Positions 1 to 10,319 are shown, counted from the first letter of the stretch. The stretch is DNA of 64,000 nt from Gammaproteobacteria bacterium (GCA_029881255.1 JAOUMY010000005.1:66479-130478); one strand, 5' to 3'. Program-made: numbers and translations. The notes: a model not told the origin generated them from the sequence alone.

Positions 1-1106
1 ACCACCGGATCGCTACCGCGAACATTGATAACTTCCGCCTGGCACTGGAGCGAAGTGGCGGGATCAACATAGATATCGGTGGTATCCGACATACCGGAAG
101 TAAACGACCAGGCAAAATCTCTAGTAACCCCAATTGCCACACCGGGCAACCCGGGAAAAGAAATTCCATTCACGTTCAAGTCGCCATAATGCAGACTGGA
201 CTCGACTGAGATTTGCGGTACGGAGTAACCCATTTGCGGACCGCCTAACAACAAAGGCTTTCCATCGGCACTATACTCTGGTCCGACAACAATGGCATTG
301 GAAGCACCCCGGCCCTTTACGCCGAGCTTCTCCATATTGTCATGCCAGCCTTTGTGTAGATTCTTCCATTTTTTACCGGCCTTCTTACTATGGTGCCCTT
401 CATCATCGGACGGCATAGTCGCCGGTGGACTTGATTCGTCTTGCGTTGAGGAGATAGTGGTAACAGAGTCGCCGTCGTTCAACCAATGTGTATCGGCGAA
501 TATCGCGTTACCTGCTATCGGGCCATGCTTGGCCAGAAGCTCACCGTAGACTTCTGCATTTTCAAATTCCTCTAATCCATCAGATTGCCCGAACTGCCCA
601 AAAATCAACTGTACTACGGCGACGCTATCTTCAGGACGCCAGGGCGCGGGAGTCAAACCTTGGGCGACATACTCGATCGGCAACATACCCTCATTCTGAG
701 CCTTCTGTATCCAGGCATTAACACCATCGCTAAAAGCGTTATATTGCACACGCGTGGCTTCGTTAACATTGGCTAACATCTCGCTGCGTTTTGAATCCGG
801 ACCGAAGTAAATGCGCGCAAACGTATCACCTTCAATACTTCCTGGCCCCATCAATTCCGCCATTCGACCGCCGGCAGTACGACGCATTAAATCCGCCTGC
901 CACAAACGATCCTCTGCTTGCGCATAGCCCGCGCCATACCAAAGAGCATATGCTGAATCGGCAAAAACATGTGGCACACCATATTCGTCACGAACAATCT
1001 TGACATCGGTATCATCGTCCGCAAAGACGGCGACAGGTTGGATAAGAAAGCCGCACAATAAAGCTGTGACTTTAAACAAGCCGTGACCTCTTCCACGAAT
1101 CTGCAT
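1..1106 (-). CDS. penicillin/AHL acylase family protein (Ntn hydrolase); N-terminal part, gene runs off window start
   Basis: Minus-strand frame is open from ATG at 1106 to the window edge. It is absent from the ORF track because no stop falls in the window. Translation begins MQIRGRGHGLFKVTALLCGFLIQPVAVFA (signal peptide), then DVKIVRDEYGVPHVFADSAYALWYGAGYAQAEDRLWQADLMRR and GGPQMGYSVPQI, the hallmark N-terminal motifs of penicillin amidase/AHL acylases. Strong RBS AAGGAGAAG lies 6 nt upstream. Confidence 0.75.
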   Translation of the reverse strand, partial: MQIRGRGHGLFKVTALLCGFLIQPVAVFADDDTDVKIVRDEYGVPHVFADSAYALWYGAGYAQAEDRLWQADLMRRTAGGRMAELMGPGSIEGDTFARIYFGPDSKRSEMLANVNEATRVQYNAFSDGVNAWIQKAQNEGMLPIEYVAQGLTPAPWRPEDSVAVVQLIFGQFGQSDGLEEFENAEVYGELLAKHGPIAGNAIFADTHWLNDGDSVTTISSTQDESSPPATMPSDDEGHHSKKAGKKWKNLHKGWHDNMEKLGVKGRGASNAIVVGPEYSADGKPLLLGGPQMGYSVPQISVESSLHYGDLNVNGISFPGLPGVAIGVTRDFAWSFTSGMSDTTDIYVDPATSLQCQAEVINVRGSDPV

Positions 1107-1313
1107 CTATCTTCTCCTTGATTTTCGGGTTTGGTTTATTGGATTTGTAAAGACATCTAAGAGTATAGCTGATCTATTAATTTCGGGGCATACGAAATTT
1201 TTCAAATGATAGCTGTATTCTGTACCAACAATGAATAGGCTGTTATGCCTATAGTGAAAATCAACAAATAGTGCAGAGTGTGATGCGGGATGAATGGCTT
1301 GCTGGACGACTTA

Positions 1314-1550
1314 TTACTGCGCCCGCTTGACGCGAATTTTTGAACCCGCCACATCTTTCCCATTCAAATTCTTAGTTGCGGCCTTGGCCTCGCCGGGGCT
1401 GGGCATTTCGACAAAGGCGAAGCCTTTTGAGGCGCCTGTTTCTTTGTCCATAACCAGATTGCAGTACTGGACGGTGCCAAAGGCTTCAAACATCGTCTTA
1501 ATTTCCGACTCTGTGGTAGAACGGGATAGGTTGCGTACGAGGAGTTTCAT
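1314..1550 (-). CDS. RRM-domain RNA-binding protein (small bacterial RNP-type)
   Basis: 78 aa. MKLLVRNLS (RNP-2-like) and KGFAFVEM (RNP-1 octamer). Typical size for single-RRM bacterial proteins. Confidence 0.8.
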   Translation of the reverse strand: MKLLVRNLSRSTTESEIKTMFEAFGTVQYCNLVMDKETGASKGFAFVEMPSPGEAKAATKNLNGKDVAGSKIRVKRAQ

Positions 1551-1736
1551 AGTTCCACCATGTATGGGTTTAGTCTAAGGGAAGCTGTAGGTGTGTTGGT
1601 GTCCCAAGCACAGGGAAGTTAGCAGGATTTATCGAGAAAAGATATCCGAGCGCACAAAAAAAGATAGTCATAATGCGCCCATTGGGGAAATTGCATAAAC
1701 TAGTCGTGTCAATACGCTGCGGAGCTGGCAAACAAA

Positions 1737-2704
1737 TGAAGAGTATTCAATTCGACCGATACGGCTCTCCCGACTATTTGCGCTTTGTTGAGAAGGCGAT
1801 ACCCTCGCCGAAGCCCGACGAAGTGCTGGTTAAAATCTGCGCCTCCTCGATTAACTCCTGGGACTGGGAATTATTGCATGCCAGACCCTTCGCCAATCGC
1901 GTGATGTTTGGCTTGTTCAAGCCGACTCGCTTAAAGACGCTAGGAATAGATATTGCCGGGTGTGTCGAAAAAACCGGTAGCGAGGTGAAGAAGTTTAAGG
2001 TCGGCGACAAGGTATACGGTGATCTTTCTGCCTGTGGTATGGGAGGATACGCTGAGTATGTCGCTGCGCCTGAATCTGCGCTTGCACACATGCCGGAGAA
2101 CATCAGCTTTGAACAGGCCGCCTCAGTTCCACAAGCTGCGTTGATGTCGCTCCAGGGTTTACAACAGGCAGGTATTCGCGATGGACAGCATGTATTGATA
2201 AACGGCGCATCGGGTGGCTCCGGCACCTTTGCGATACAGATCGCTAAAACGTTTGACGTAGAGATTACCGGTGTGTGTAGCGGCGCAAAAATGGATTTTG
2301 TACGCTCGCTAGGCGTTGACCATGTCATCGACTACCAGACGCAAGACTACACCCGAAGTGGGCAACAATACGATGTCATCATCGATGCCCAGGCGCATCA
2401 TGGCTTACGTAAATGCAAACGTGCGCTGTCGCCCGGCGGTAGTTATGTTGCACATGGTGGGGCTAGCGGAATTATCGCAAAGCTCATACTTTTTGGTCCT
2501 TTGTTATCGCGTATAGACAACAAAAAAGTTGCCATACTTTTTCACAAGGCCAACAAAGGCCTGGATGAGATTGGCGAGTTGCTTGCCAGAGGCAAGATCA
2601 CGCCTGTAATCGATCAAGTGTTTCCATTCGATAAAACAATTGATGCGTTACGCTATTATGGTGATGGTCTGGCGAAAGGTAAGGTAGTTATTTCGATGGA
2701 ATGA
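1737..2704 (+). CDS. zinc-type alcohol dehydrogenase / quinone oxidoreductase (MDR superfamily)
   Basis: MKSIQFDRYGSP start. Rossmann motif GASGGSGTFAIQIAK. Length and architecture match NADPH:quinone reductase-like MDR enzymes. The ORF track begins at 1673, but the internal ATG at 1737 better matches the family N-terminus. Confidence 0.75.
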
Positions 2705-2875
2705 GTCGTTGTAAATATTTTTCAACCGGTGATGAAATACTTTCACCGTTCAGAATAGGATATTCGCTATTAAGCGCTTTTTCCCATCTTACCCACATAG
2801 AATATAGCGTTGATATGTCGCGGCGTTTGATACATGTTAGGCAGCATCAAACGACAATACTATGAGAGGAAATCC

Positions 2876-3355
2876 ATGTTAAACCCTAACCAGGCCGCGC
2901 CAGACTTTAGCTGCGCCAATCAGAACGACACTACTGTTAAACTCTGTGATTTTGCGGGCAAAAAAACCGTTGTACTCTATTTCTATCCCAAAGACGATAC
3001 ACCGGGTTGCACCATCGAAGCAAACCAGTTCACCGCACTCGCCAGCGAATTCGCCGCTATTGATACCGTGATACTCGGCGTCAGTAAAGACGACTGCGCC
3101 AGCCACAGAGCATTTATCGACAAATACGGACTGGAAGTGGATTTACTCGCCGACACCGATGGTGAGTTATGCGCAGCCTACGGCGTGTGGCAGGAAAAAG
3201 AAAAGAACGGCGAAAAGAAAATGGGTATCGTACGTTCAACCTTCGTCATCGATCAAAGCGGGCAAATTATTCGTGCAGAATACGGCGTTACCGCCGATGG
3301 TCATGCGCAGGAGATATTGGGGTGGTTGAAGGCAAGGGAAGCGGCGAGTGCATAG
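2876..3355 (+). CDS. bcp: thioredoxin-dependent thiol peroxidase (peroxiredoxin Bcp)
   Basis: APDFS..., then VLYFYPKDDTPGCTIEA (peroxidatic Cys in the PxDxTxGCT motif). About 160 aa. Start chosen at MLNPNQAAPDF rather than the upstream ATG at 2834. Confidence 0.85.
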   Translation: MLNPNQAAPDFSCANQNDTTVKLCDFAGKKTVVLYFYPKDDTPGCTIEANQFTALASEFAAIDTVILGVSKDDCASHRAFIDKYGLEVDLLADTDGELCAAYGVWQEKEKNGEKKMGIVRSTFVIDQSGQIIRAEYGVTADGHAQEILGWLKAREAASA

Positions 3356-3668
3356 GTAAAACTTTTTTCGTATTGCATGTCGCGAACGACTTAGGCGTTG
3401 ATCGGCTCCGCATTATAAGGGGATGCGGGGTCGATCTCGAATTACATAATTCTGCAACATTTCTCTGTTTGTGACTTTAGACCAGTACCCGCCAAGATAT
3501 CGAACTCAACGTTTATACCGCATATCATAGGTCCCAATTTGGGTACTGTCGGTCCCTTTTTGGGTCTTTTCGAGAGGTGGAGCCAAATCCCTTTGCAGCA
3601 GAAAACTGGGGATTTATCGCCCCAAACTTGCATCAAAACCCCAAAAAGCGTTATAAGGTGCGCAGCTA

Positions 3669-4115
3669 GTGAATTCAAAACCCATGACCAAACACCCACA
3701 ACAACACAACCCCGCCTGGACCATGATATTTGCCGCCTGGCTAATCGCGGCATTCTCGACGCTGAGTAGTCTGTTTTTCAGCGAGGTAATGGATCTTATC
3801 CCGTGTGTGTTGTGCTGGTATCAGCGTATTTTTATGTTTCCGCTGGCGATCATTTTATTGGTAGCGCTGTTTCCACTGGATACGCGTGTGGTGAGATACA
3901 CACTGCCGATTACGTTTATCGGAATGTTATTTGCGTTCTATCATATTTTGCTATTTTATGGCGTGATACCGGAAAGCCTGCAACCGTGCGGCAAAGGTAT
4001 CTCATGCGCCGATGTCAGCATGGAATTGTTTGGATTCTTGCCGATACCGATACTCGCTTTTATCGCCTTTTTGTCGATTTTCGTTTTGTTGTTTAACACC
4101 AGGAAGCAAGCATGA
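3669..4115 (+). CDS. disulfide bond formation protein B (DsbB/BdbC family) membrane oxidoreductase
   Basis: 148 aa with 4 predicted TM segments. CVLCWYQRIFMFP motif (CxxC in the first periplasmic loop, as in BdbC-type DsbB) and a second Cys pair (QPCGKGISC). Confidence 0.75.
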   Translation: MNSKPMTKHPQQHNPAWTMIFAAWLIAAFSTLSSLFFSEVMDLIPCVLCWYQRIFMFPLAIILLVALFPLDTRVVRYTLPITFIGMLFAFYHILLFYGVIPESLQPCGKGISCADVSMELFGFLPIPILAFIAFLSIFVLLFNTRKQA

Positions 4116-4762
4116 ACAAAAACATCATGATTTACGCCGCCATCTTCATTATGAGCGTAGGCTTTTCCCTCGCCGCGTATTTTTATACCACGCAGCAACA
4201 GACAGCCACTACAGAATTGGCTGCGTCAAACGCCGACGCACTCGCGCCGGCTCATGCCATGCGCAAAGGCAGCCCCGATGCCAAAGTGACCATCGTCGAA
4301 TTCTTTGATCCGGCATGTGGCACGTGTAAACAATTTCATCCCGTCATCAAAGAATTGTTAAACAAATTTCCGACGCAGATTAATGTCGTCATGCGTTACT
4401 CTCCCTTCCATCAGGGTTCGGATGAAATGGTTGCCATATTGGAGGCCTCACGCAAGCAATCACAATTCTGGAACGTATTAGACATCATGTTTGAAACACA
4501 GGATTCCTGGGTCAGCAATCACGTCGCCCACCCCGAACTGTTCTGGGGTTATCTAAAAGGCTATGGCATCGACGCCGATCGCCTCCAGCAAGACATGCAA
4601 GACCCGAAGATCGTCGACGTTATTCAACGAGATCTTGCGGATGGAGAGACACTCAAAGTTGAAAAGACTCCGACGTTTTTTGTAAACGGCAAGCCATTAC
4701 CGAGTTTTGGCTTTGATCAGTTTTGGGCGTTGGTGAAGAGTGAGTTGGAAGCGAATTATTAG
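4112..4762 (+). CDS. DsbA/BdbD-family thiol:disulfide oxidoreductase (thioredoxin fold, secreted)
   Basis: N-terminal TM/signal sequence. Thioredoxin active site DPACGTCKQFHP (CxxC). Overlaps the upstream DsbB-like gene by 4 nt (operon). Confidence 0.75.
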   Translation: MNKNIMIYAAIFIMSVGFSLAAYFYTTQQQTATTELAASNADALAPAHAMRKGSPDAKVTIVEFFDPACGTCKQFHPVIKELLNKFPTQINVVMRYSPFHQGSDEMVAILEASRKQSQFWNVLDIMFETQDSWVSNHVAHPELFWGYLKGYGIDADRLQQDMQDPKIVDVIQRDLADGETLKVEKTPTFFVNGKPLPSFGFDQFWALVKSELEANY

Positions 4763-4980
4763 ATTATTTGGTGAGTGTCTGTGGGCTTAAACAATAGCTT
4801 ACACAGCTTGATGATCCCGTTTAGTGGACTATCTTCCACGCCTTTTATTTAACCAGAAAAATAACGCGGATGTATCCCCGTGATTTTTCCAATTTGAACA
4901 AAATAAATCGACTGTTTCATAAAGAAAAATGGGGCGCTTCCCGATATAAGAAGTCACGGAAGACTCATGCAATCAACAAC

Positions 4981-7900
4981 ATGCCCTATTTCACCTGTAG
5001 CCAAACCCAAGTACGTCGGCAGCCCCACCTGCAGGTTCTACTCAGCATTTCATTTCTGTTCGTACTGCTCGCCTTATCCAATAACATTTTTGCTGAGCAA
5101 ACCGCGTTATCGCCTGAAGAACAAGACTGGTTACATACACACGCTGAACTAAGACTCGGTGTTGACCCAGGCTGGCCGCCGTTTGACTTCGTCAATCAAA
5201 ATGGGCAGCACGATGGTATTGCTGCCGACTACTTGAGGCTATTAGCCCGAAATCTCCAGATAGAATTCAGGCTCACGCGCGATATAAGCTGGAAAGACGT
5301 CCTGGACAAGGCAGAAAAGCGCGAAATCGATATTGTGTCACTGGCACAAACAACTCCGAGCCGTGAAGCCTATCTTCATTTTACTGATCCCGTTATTTCC
5401 TCACCATGGGTAATCATTAATCGGCGAGGTGAAACCATATACAACGATCTCGGCGCTGTCGGTAAGCGCAAGATTGCCATGGTAAAAGGCTACGCTATTG
5501 TCGAGTTGAGTAGGCTCAGTTTTCCAAACCTGGAAATTGTACAGGTCGATAACAGTCTGGAAGGGCTCAAAATGGTAGCAACCGGCAAGATCGAAGCCTT
5601 TGTCGAGAATCTTACTACGGCTAGCTATCTCATACGCTCACACGGGCTGATCAATCTACAAGTCGGTGGGGATGCAGGCCTCGGCCTACAAGAATTGCGA
5701 TTTAGCATCCGTTCTGACTGGCCTGAGTTCGTCAGCATTTTTAACAAACAACTGGCGACAATCTCTCAAGACGAAAAAAGCCGGATATTGAGCAAGTGGG
5801 TCGGCTCGCAAGCTACGCAGTCTGAGAGAACAAATGTTGATAACCTCAGCAAAACAGAACTTCCGACTAGCGCAATTGTATTTTTCTTCATTATTGTCGT
5901 TTTTTGTCTGTATCTACTGCACCTCTCGCGCCAGGAAAAATTGTTTCTTCAATTTGGAACGCCGCGTTTTAAAGTCCTCGTATCACTTTTTATTGGTGGT
6001 TTTATCATTGTACTGTTCACCGTGTCCTGGTGGGTTGTTGATCAAAATAGGAAGAACACATTAGCCACTCTTGCAGGGACTCTCGAAACCGTACGTGATA
6101 CAACATCCGAAGGTCTGATCGTTTGGATACAAAACCGCAGCACCTTCCTGAGCCACATCGGCACTGAATCTTCCGTGGTTGATTTTACCCAGGCATTGCT
6201 AAGATTGGAGGCGAACAAAGACACCATACTCAAATCGACAGCCCTGGCAGAGGCGAGAAAATTCTTCCAACATGAAGCGGGAATATTTCACGACCTGGGA
6301 TTTTTCATTATCGATCGCAACGCGATTAGTATTGCGTCTGCGCGTGATACTAATATAGGAACGAAAAATCTAATCGCAATACAACGACCCGAGTTACTTG
6401 AGCGTATTTTTCAAGGAGAGGCGATATTCGTACCTGCGGTTTATTCTGACGTCGCTTTGGATAAGAATGAACCCTCTAACCGCAGACCACCGACGATGTT
6501 TATCGGAGCCCCCGTAAAAGATAAGAATGGCCATATTATCGCTGCGATCACGCAACGCCTGGACCCAAGAGAGCAGTTTTCACAAATGTTACAACTGGGA
6601 AGAATCGGCGAAACTGGCGAAACCTATGCCATCGATGCGAAAGGCCTATTGATCTCACAAAGCCGATATGTTGATCAATTGCGTACCATTGGTTTGCTAA
6701 CCGAAAATCAAGACGCCGTTCTATCGATAGAAATTCGTAATCCACGGGGCAATATGCTGGAAGGTTTTCGTCCAGGTGTAGAAAGATCTCAACTTCCTCT
6801 TACGCATATGGCCAGTTCAGTTCTCAAAAAGGAACAAAAAACGAATGTTCAAGGGTATCTGGATTATCGTGGCGTGCCAGTATACGGTTCCTGGCGTTGG
6901 CTAGACGAACTGGGTATTGGTGTAACAACCGAAATTGATGTTGACGAGGCACTCGCCAGTTTTTACAACAATCGACAAATAATATATGGCTCGCTTGGGA
7001 TATCGCTACTTCTTTCCGTTAGTGCGCTAATTTTTACGATACGAACGGGAACACGCTCGACGCAATTGTTGAAACAATCTCACGACGAACTAGAGGCAAC
7101 CGTAGCCCAACGTACACAGGAAATTCGTGAGGCGCAGGCGATAGAGAAAGATCGTGCTATTGCATTAGAGCAACTTGCTTCGGGAAAACCATTGTGTGAG
7201 GTATTGTCATTTCTGATAGAGGGCTTAGAGCGTTCAAACAAGCACGGTCTGTTGTGCACGATTCATTTATATGACGAACCATCGCAAACACTTCTGCATT
7301 GTGCTGCCCCCAATCTACCGGATCGCGTGAATAAGGCAATGAGTTGTGTTGACGTTACACAAACGACATGCGTTTGCGGCGTAGCCGTTTTTAGCGGTAA
7401 ACCTGTCATTGCCAAAGATATCGAATCTCACCCCGACTGTACCGCCTATCGAGAATTCGCGCGTGATGCCAATCTCGGTGCTTGCTGGTCGTACCCGGTT
7501 CTCTCCTCCAGTAACAGGGTCCTGGGAACACTCACCGGCTATTACCCGGAAAAACGGGAACCTGATGAAAATGAAATCGAACTCATACTCAGTTCTGCCA
7601 ACCTCGCCGGTATCGCCATCGAAAAGAAGCAATCGGAGGCCGCACTCATTGAAGCGAAAAAACAAGCCGAACAGGCAAGCAAGGCCAAGTCAGAATTTCT
7701 CTCCAGCATGAGTCATGAACTACGCACACCGCTAAATGCGATTATGGGTTTTAGCCAATTGTTATTACTGGATGACGAGAGTGAACTACACAAGGAAAAC
7801 TACAACGAAATCTACAAGGCCGGAGACCACTTGTTGACCTTGATCAATGAAATACTCGATCTGGCCAAAATAGAATCCGGCAAGGTATCGCTATCGATAG

Positions 7901-8364
7901 AAACAGTGAATATCACTACGGCTATCGGAGAGGTGCTTTCCCTGGTCACGCCACTGGCAAAACAACAAGGCGTTAGCATACATCATTCTACGCAACAGGA
8001 TTACCACATACAGGCAGACTACAGTCGCATCAAACAAGTCTTGCTAAATCTCCTCTCGAATGCGATTAAGTACAATCAGAAGAATGGTAGCGTTGAGATA
8101 CGCTATCAAACAACCAAAGACAAACATCTGCGTATCGAAGTTGTCGATACCGGCATAGGCCTGTCGCCAGAACAAATAACTGCCTTATTCTCACCATTCG
8201 AAAGAGTCGGCGCGGAAAATTCACACGTCGAGGGCACAGGTATTGGGCTGGTTATCACCAAGAATTTGGTGGAACTGATGGGTGGCAAGATCGGTGTTGA
8301 GTCGGACAAGGGGAAAGGGAGTAGGTTTTGGGTTGAGTTGCCGGTGGGAGATAATCTGAACTAG
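4981..8364 (+). CDS. multidomain sensor histidine kinase (periplasmic family-3 solute-binding domain, Cache-like domain, GAF, HisKA, HATPase_c)
   Basis: Signal peptide LLSISFLFVLLALSNNIFA. SBP_bac_3-like region LRLGVDPGWPPFDF. Three TM segments. GAF-like region with CVCGVAVFSGKPV. H-box FLSSMSHELRTPLNAIMGF. N/G boxes LLSNAIKYN, DTGIGL, GTGIGL. No receiver domain. Start chosen at MPYF (4981); the ORF track extends to 4870. Confidence 0.85.
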   Translation: MPYFTCSQTQVRRQPHLQVLLSISFLFVLLALSNNIFAEQTALSPEEQDWLHTHAELRLGVDPGWPPFDFVNQNGQHDGIAADYLRLLARNLQIEFRLTRDISWKDVLDKAEKREIDIVSLAQTTPSREAYLHFTDPVISSPWVIINRRGETIYNDLGAVGKRKIAMVKGYAIVELSRLSFPNLEIVQVDNSLEGLKMVATGKIEAFVENLTTASYLIRSHGLINLQVGGDAGLGLQELRFSIRSDWPEFVSIFNKQLATISQDEKSRILSKWVGSQATQSERTNVDNLSKTELPTSAIVFFFIIVVFCLYLLHLSRQEKLFLQFGTPRFKVLVSLFIGGFIIVLFTVSWWVVDQNRKNTLATLAGTLETVRDTTSEGLIVWIQNRSTFLSHIGTESSVVDFTQALLRLEANKDTILKSTALAEARKFFQHEAGIFHDLGFFIIDRNAISIASARDTNIGTKNLIAIQRPELLERIFQGEAIFVPAVYSDVALDKNEPSNRRPPTMFIGAPVKDKNGHIIAAITQRLDPREQFSQMLQLGRIGETGETYAIDAKGLLISQSRYVDQLRTIGLLTENQDAVLSIEIRNPRGNMLEGFRPGVERSQLPLTHMASSVLKKEQKTNVQGYLDYRGVPVYGSWRWLDELGIGVTTEIDVDEALASFYNNRQIIYGSLGISLLLSVSALIFTIRTGTRSTQLLKQSHDELEATVAQRTQEIREAQAIEKDRAIALEQLASGKPLCEVLSFLIEGLERSNKHGLLCTIHLYDEPSQTLLHCAAPNLPDRVNKAMSCVDVTQTTCVCGVAVFSGKPVIAKDIESHPDCTAYREFARDANLGACWSYPVLSSSNRVLGTLTGYYPEKREPDENEIELILSSANLAGIAIEKKQSEAALIEAKKQAEQASKAKSEFLSSMSHELRTPLNAIMGFSQLLLLDDESELHKENYNEIYKAGDHLLTLINEILDLAKIESGKVSLSIETVNITTAIGEVLSLVTPLAKQQGVSIHHSTQQDYHIQADYSRIKQVLLNLLSNAIKYNQKNGSVEIRYQTTKDKHLRIEVVDTGIGLSPEQITALFSPFERVGAENSHVEGTGIGLVITKNLVELMGGKIGVESDKGKGSRFWVELPVGDNLN

Positions 8365-8422
8365 TTTCGAATTATACTGAAACCATGTTCGTGATTTGTG
8401 AATAGTGAATAGCAGCAATTGA

Positions 8423-8857
8423 CTACGGGCTCATCACCCCATCAAGCTGCTGCAAAGCCTGGTCAAATGAATATGTGGCGTAATATTCATCTCCCTTTCT
8501 TACACAAACGCGTTTCGCTTTTTCGACGATCAACACGTCGGAGAAATCCATCTCACGGTTCTTTTTATTTGCGCTTGTTAGTTCCGTATTTGTTAGCGTT
8601 TGCAAGGTTTGCCAGACGGCATTACTGTCTTCAAATACAATATTTGGCTCTTTGAATAGCTGTTCGACCACGAGCAAAATGGATTTACGATCCAGGCAAT
8701 ACTTTCGCCCCTTCAGCGTCCACAGTGTTTCTACAAGAACAATGTCCGTTATCAGTACTTTCCTTTTCCCCTCGATCAAGGCATTGGCTTTTTTCGCCTG
8801 CTTGTCGTCATCCTGTAACAGATAACGGAGTAACACATTGGTATCGATACAAATCAC
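8423..8857 (-). CDS. vapC: PIN-domain ribonuclease toxin VapC
   Basis: MICIDTNVLLRYL, with the conserved acidic residue at position 5 typical of PIN. 144 aa. Overlaps the upstream antitoxin gene by 4 nt. Confidence 0.8.
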   Translation of the reverse strand: MICIDTNVLLRYLLQDDDKQAKKANALIEGKRKVLITDIVLVETLWTLKGRKYCLDRKSILLVVEQLFKEPNIVFEDSNAVWQTLQTLTNTELTSANKKNREMDFSDVLIVEKAKRVCVRKGDEYYATYSFDQALQQLDGVMSP

Positions 8858-9099
8858 TTCTTGTCCTTGCTTTTTTCTTCGATTGCACTTTGCAATGATT
8901 GCTCATCGCTCATCCGACGATCCGCTTTCACATGTCTCAGCATGCCTTTGGCTGCGCCTTTTTGTTTCTTTACTATGGTTATCTGTCCGTTAAAAATATA
9001 CGCGTCCACTTCGTCACCAGGATGGATATCTGCTTGCAAACACAAGTCGATCGGAATAGTAATTTGCCGCTTGGCGCTCACACGTGCCATCTTCGCCAC
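8854..9099 (-). CDS. vapB: AbrB/MazE/SpoVT-fold antitoxin VapB
   Basis: 81 aa. AKRQITIPIDLCLQADIHPGDEV swapped-hairpin motif. Directly upstream of and overlapping the PIN gene. Confidence 0.75.
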   Translation of the reverse strand: MAKMARVSAKRQITIPIDLCLQADIHPGDEVDAYIFNGQITIVKKQKGAAKGMLRHVKADRRMSDEQSLQSAIEEKSKDKK

Positions 9100-9100
9100 C

Positions 9101-9161
9101 TCTTTACCTATTTAGCATAGTAAAGAATAGGCCAGTCTTTACCATTTGGCAATAGTAAAGA
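9101..9161. promoter_or_regulatory. putative vapBC operator: two tandem 26-bp inverted repeats
   Basis: tctttacctatttagcatagtaaaga (9101-9126) and tctttaccatttggcaatagtaaaga (9136-9161). In each, tctttac and gtaaaga are reverse complements. Lies immediately upstream of the vapB start. Confidence 0.5.
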
Positions 9162-9271
9162 ACATATCAACTTTTTCCTTTTAATTCTTATCGTTAAATT
9201 CAGACAATTGGACAGCAGTTGTTCATGCGACTTGAAGTTGACCAATATAATACTGGTACTTTATACAGCTT

Positions 9272-9598
9272 TCAAGAATAGTCAGATTTAATGAAACACT
9301 CGGAATGGAAGAATTGGTTGAAGGTAATGCAGGCCAAATCCGCCATGTTCGTCTTGAAACTACGTCCACTTTCATGGAAGAGCCCATACGCTGGGACAAG
9401 CATTTTCGTGACGCCACGAAAATGGTCAAACGCGGCCAAGCGCTGACTGGATTCCGCCATCACTTGCAAATTGCGTATCACGACATCTTGTACCAACTGC
9501 GATGCATAAAACTGCTGTTTTCTCTCAACATATTGCTCAATGCTTTGATTGCAATCCAACATATGCTCAAGATAAATGGCATTGTCCTTTGCGCTCAT
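9272..9598 (-). pseudogene. DUF86/HepT-like (nucleotidyltransferase-substrate-binding toxin) gene, C-terminal half not recognisable
   Basis: N-terminal 55 aa (NAIYLEHMLDCNQSIEQYVERKQQFYASQLVQDVVIRNLQVMAESSQRL) match DUF86 closely. Homology stops exactly at the 35-bp palindromic element (9401-9435). No frame downstream shows the R-x4-HG-type C-terminal motif. Confidence 0.5.
9401..9435 (+). repeat. 35-bp palindrome-containing repeat, copy 1 (cattttcgtg-acgc-cacgaaaatg + gtcaaacgcgg)
   Basis: 10-bp perfect inverted repeat with a 4-nt loop followed by an 11-nt tail. Second copy at 11508-11542 differs by 1 nt. Confidence 0.7.
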
Positions 9599-10071
9599 AA
9601 ACTTCTGGCCTCACGCAGAACCTTCTTGCGAATTTTTGGATGCAGGGAATTTTCGGTAACCACGTCCACCTTCAGATGCACCAAGTCGCTCACATCCACC
9701 AGAAAACCAGACAGCGCTAAAATCTGACTCCGATATTGATTGACCAAGGCATCCATTTGCGGTTGCTCAAGCTCGCGCTGCGAATCGCCGCCGATCGACA
9801 GTTTCTTCATGATACTCACCAGCTCCAGAAAAATCGGACAGTACGTATTCGCCTGATAGACCACCTGATTACCAAGCAACTCTTTCAGCAACAAACCCGT
9901 CTCTGCCAGTTTAGTTAGTTCCTTGTGCAGCGTACCAGCACTGGTCCCGGTCAAACGGGCGATTTCCCGCACGTGATAGCTATTTTCTGGATTTAATAGC
10001 AGCAAACCAAGTACGTGTCGGCGGTAATCCTTGAACAGCAATTCCGACAGTGATGATTTCATTCCAGACAC
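9595..10071 (-). CDS. winged-helix DNA-binding protein, putative cognate partner of the DUF86/HepT-like gene
   Basis: HVREIARLTGTSAGTLHKELTKLAETGLL is an HTH. 4-nt overlap with the downstream DUF86 ORF (TA-like organisation). The C-terminal part has no clear GSxxxG nucleotidyltransferase motif, so the MntA assignment is uncertain. Confidence 0.45.
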   Translation of the reverse strand: MSGMKSSLSELLFKDYRRHVLGLLLLNPENSYHVREIARLTGTSAGTLHKELTKLAETGLLLKELLGNQVVYQANTYCPIFLELVSIMKKLSIGGDSQRELEQPQMDALVNQYRSQILALSGFLVDVSDLVHLKVDVVTENSLHPKIRKKVLREARSL

Positions 10072-10319
10072 CTATCGTAGCCATATCGACTACATTTGCA
10101 GCCTTTTTTGCTACATTTTTCAAGCTGCCGAATATGTGCTGTATAAACAGTTACTTAACAGTTACCCAATCAACCTGGATTGCTAGTCTAAGTTGCGCTA
10201 AGCCTCACCCGCTTATCCAAGATCCGCACGATGTCTTTCAGGTCGCACCACTCATATTGTCCAAAACATGTCGTACCAGAATGTATGCACAGCGAATAAC
10301 GCGCACTGTCAAAACCAAG

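Noticed and set aside
134-721. Several 60-95-aa + strand ORFs at the left edge
   Set aside because: Antisense to, or out of frame with, the well-supported penicillin-acylase CDS on the minus strand, which was missed by the ORF track only because it lacks a stop in the window.
1774-2328. 184-aa minus-strand ORF
   Set aside because: Antisense within the MDR oxidoreductase gene, with no homology.
3442-3769. 103-aa (-) and 76-aa (+) ORFs in the bcp-dsbB intergenic region
   Set aside because: No RBS and no homology. They overlap each other and are likely a non-coding leader or promoter region.
9401-9435. The 35-bp palindromic element as a rho-independent terminator
   Set aside because: It forms a 10-bp stem but has no T-tract on either strand, and it occurs inside a coding frame. 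It is better explained as a repeat or recombination element.
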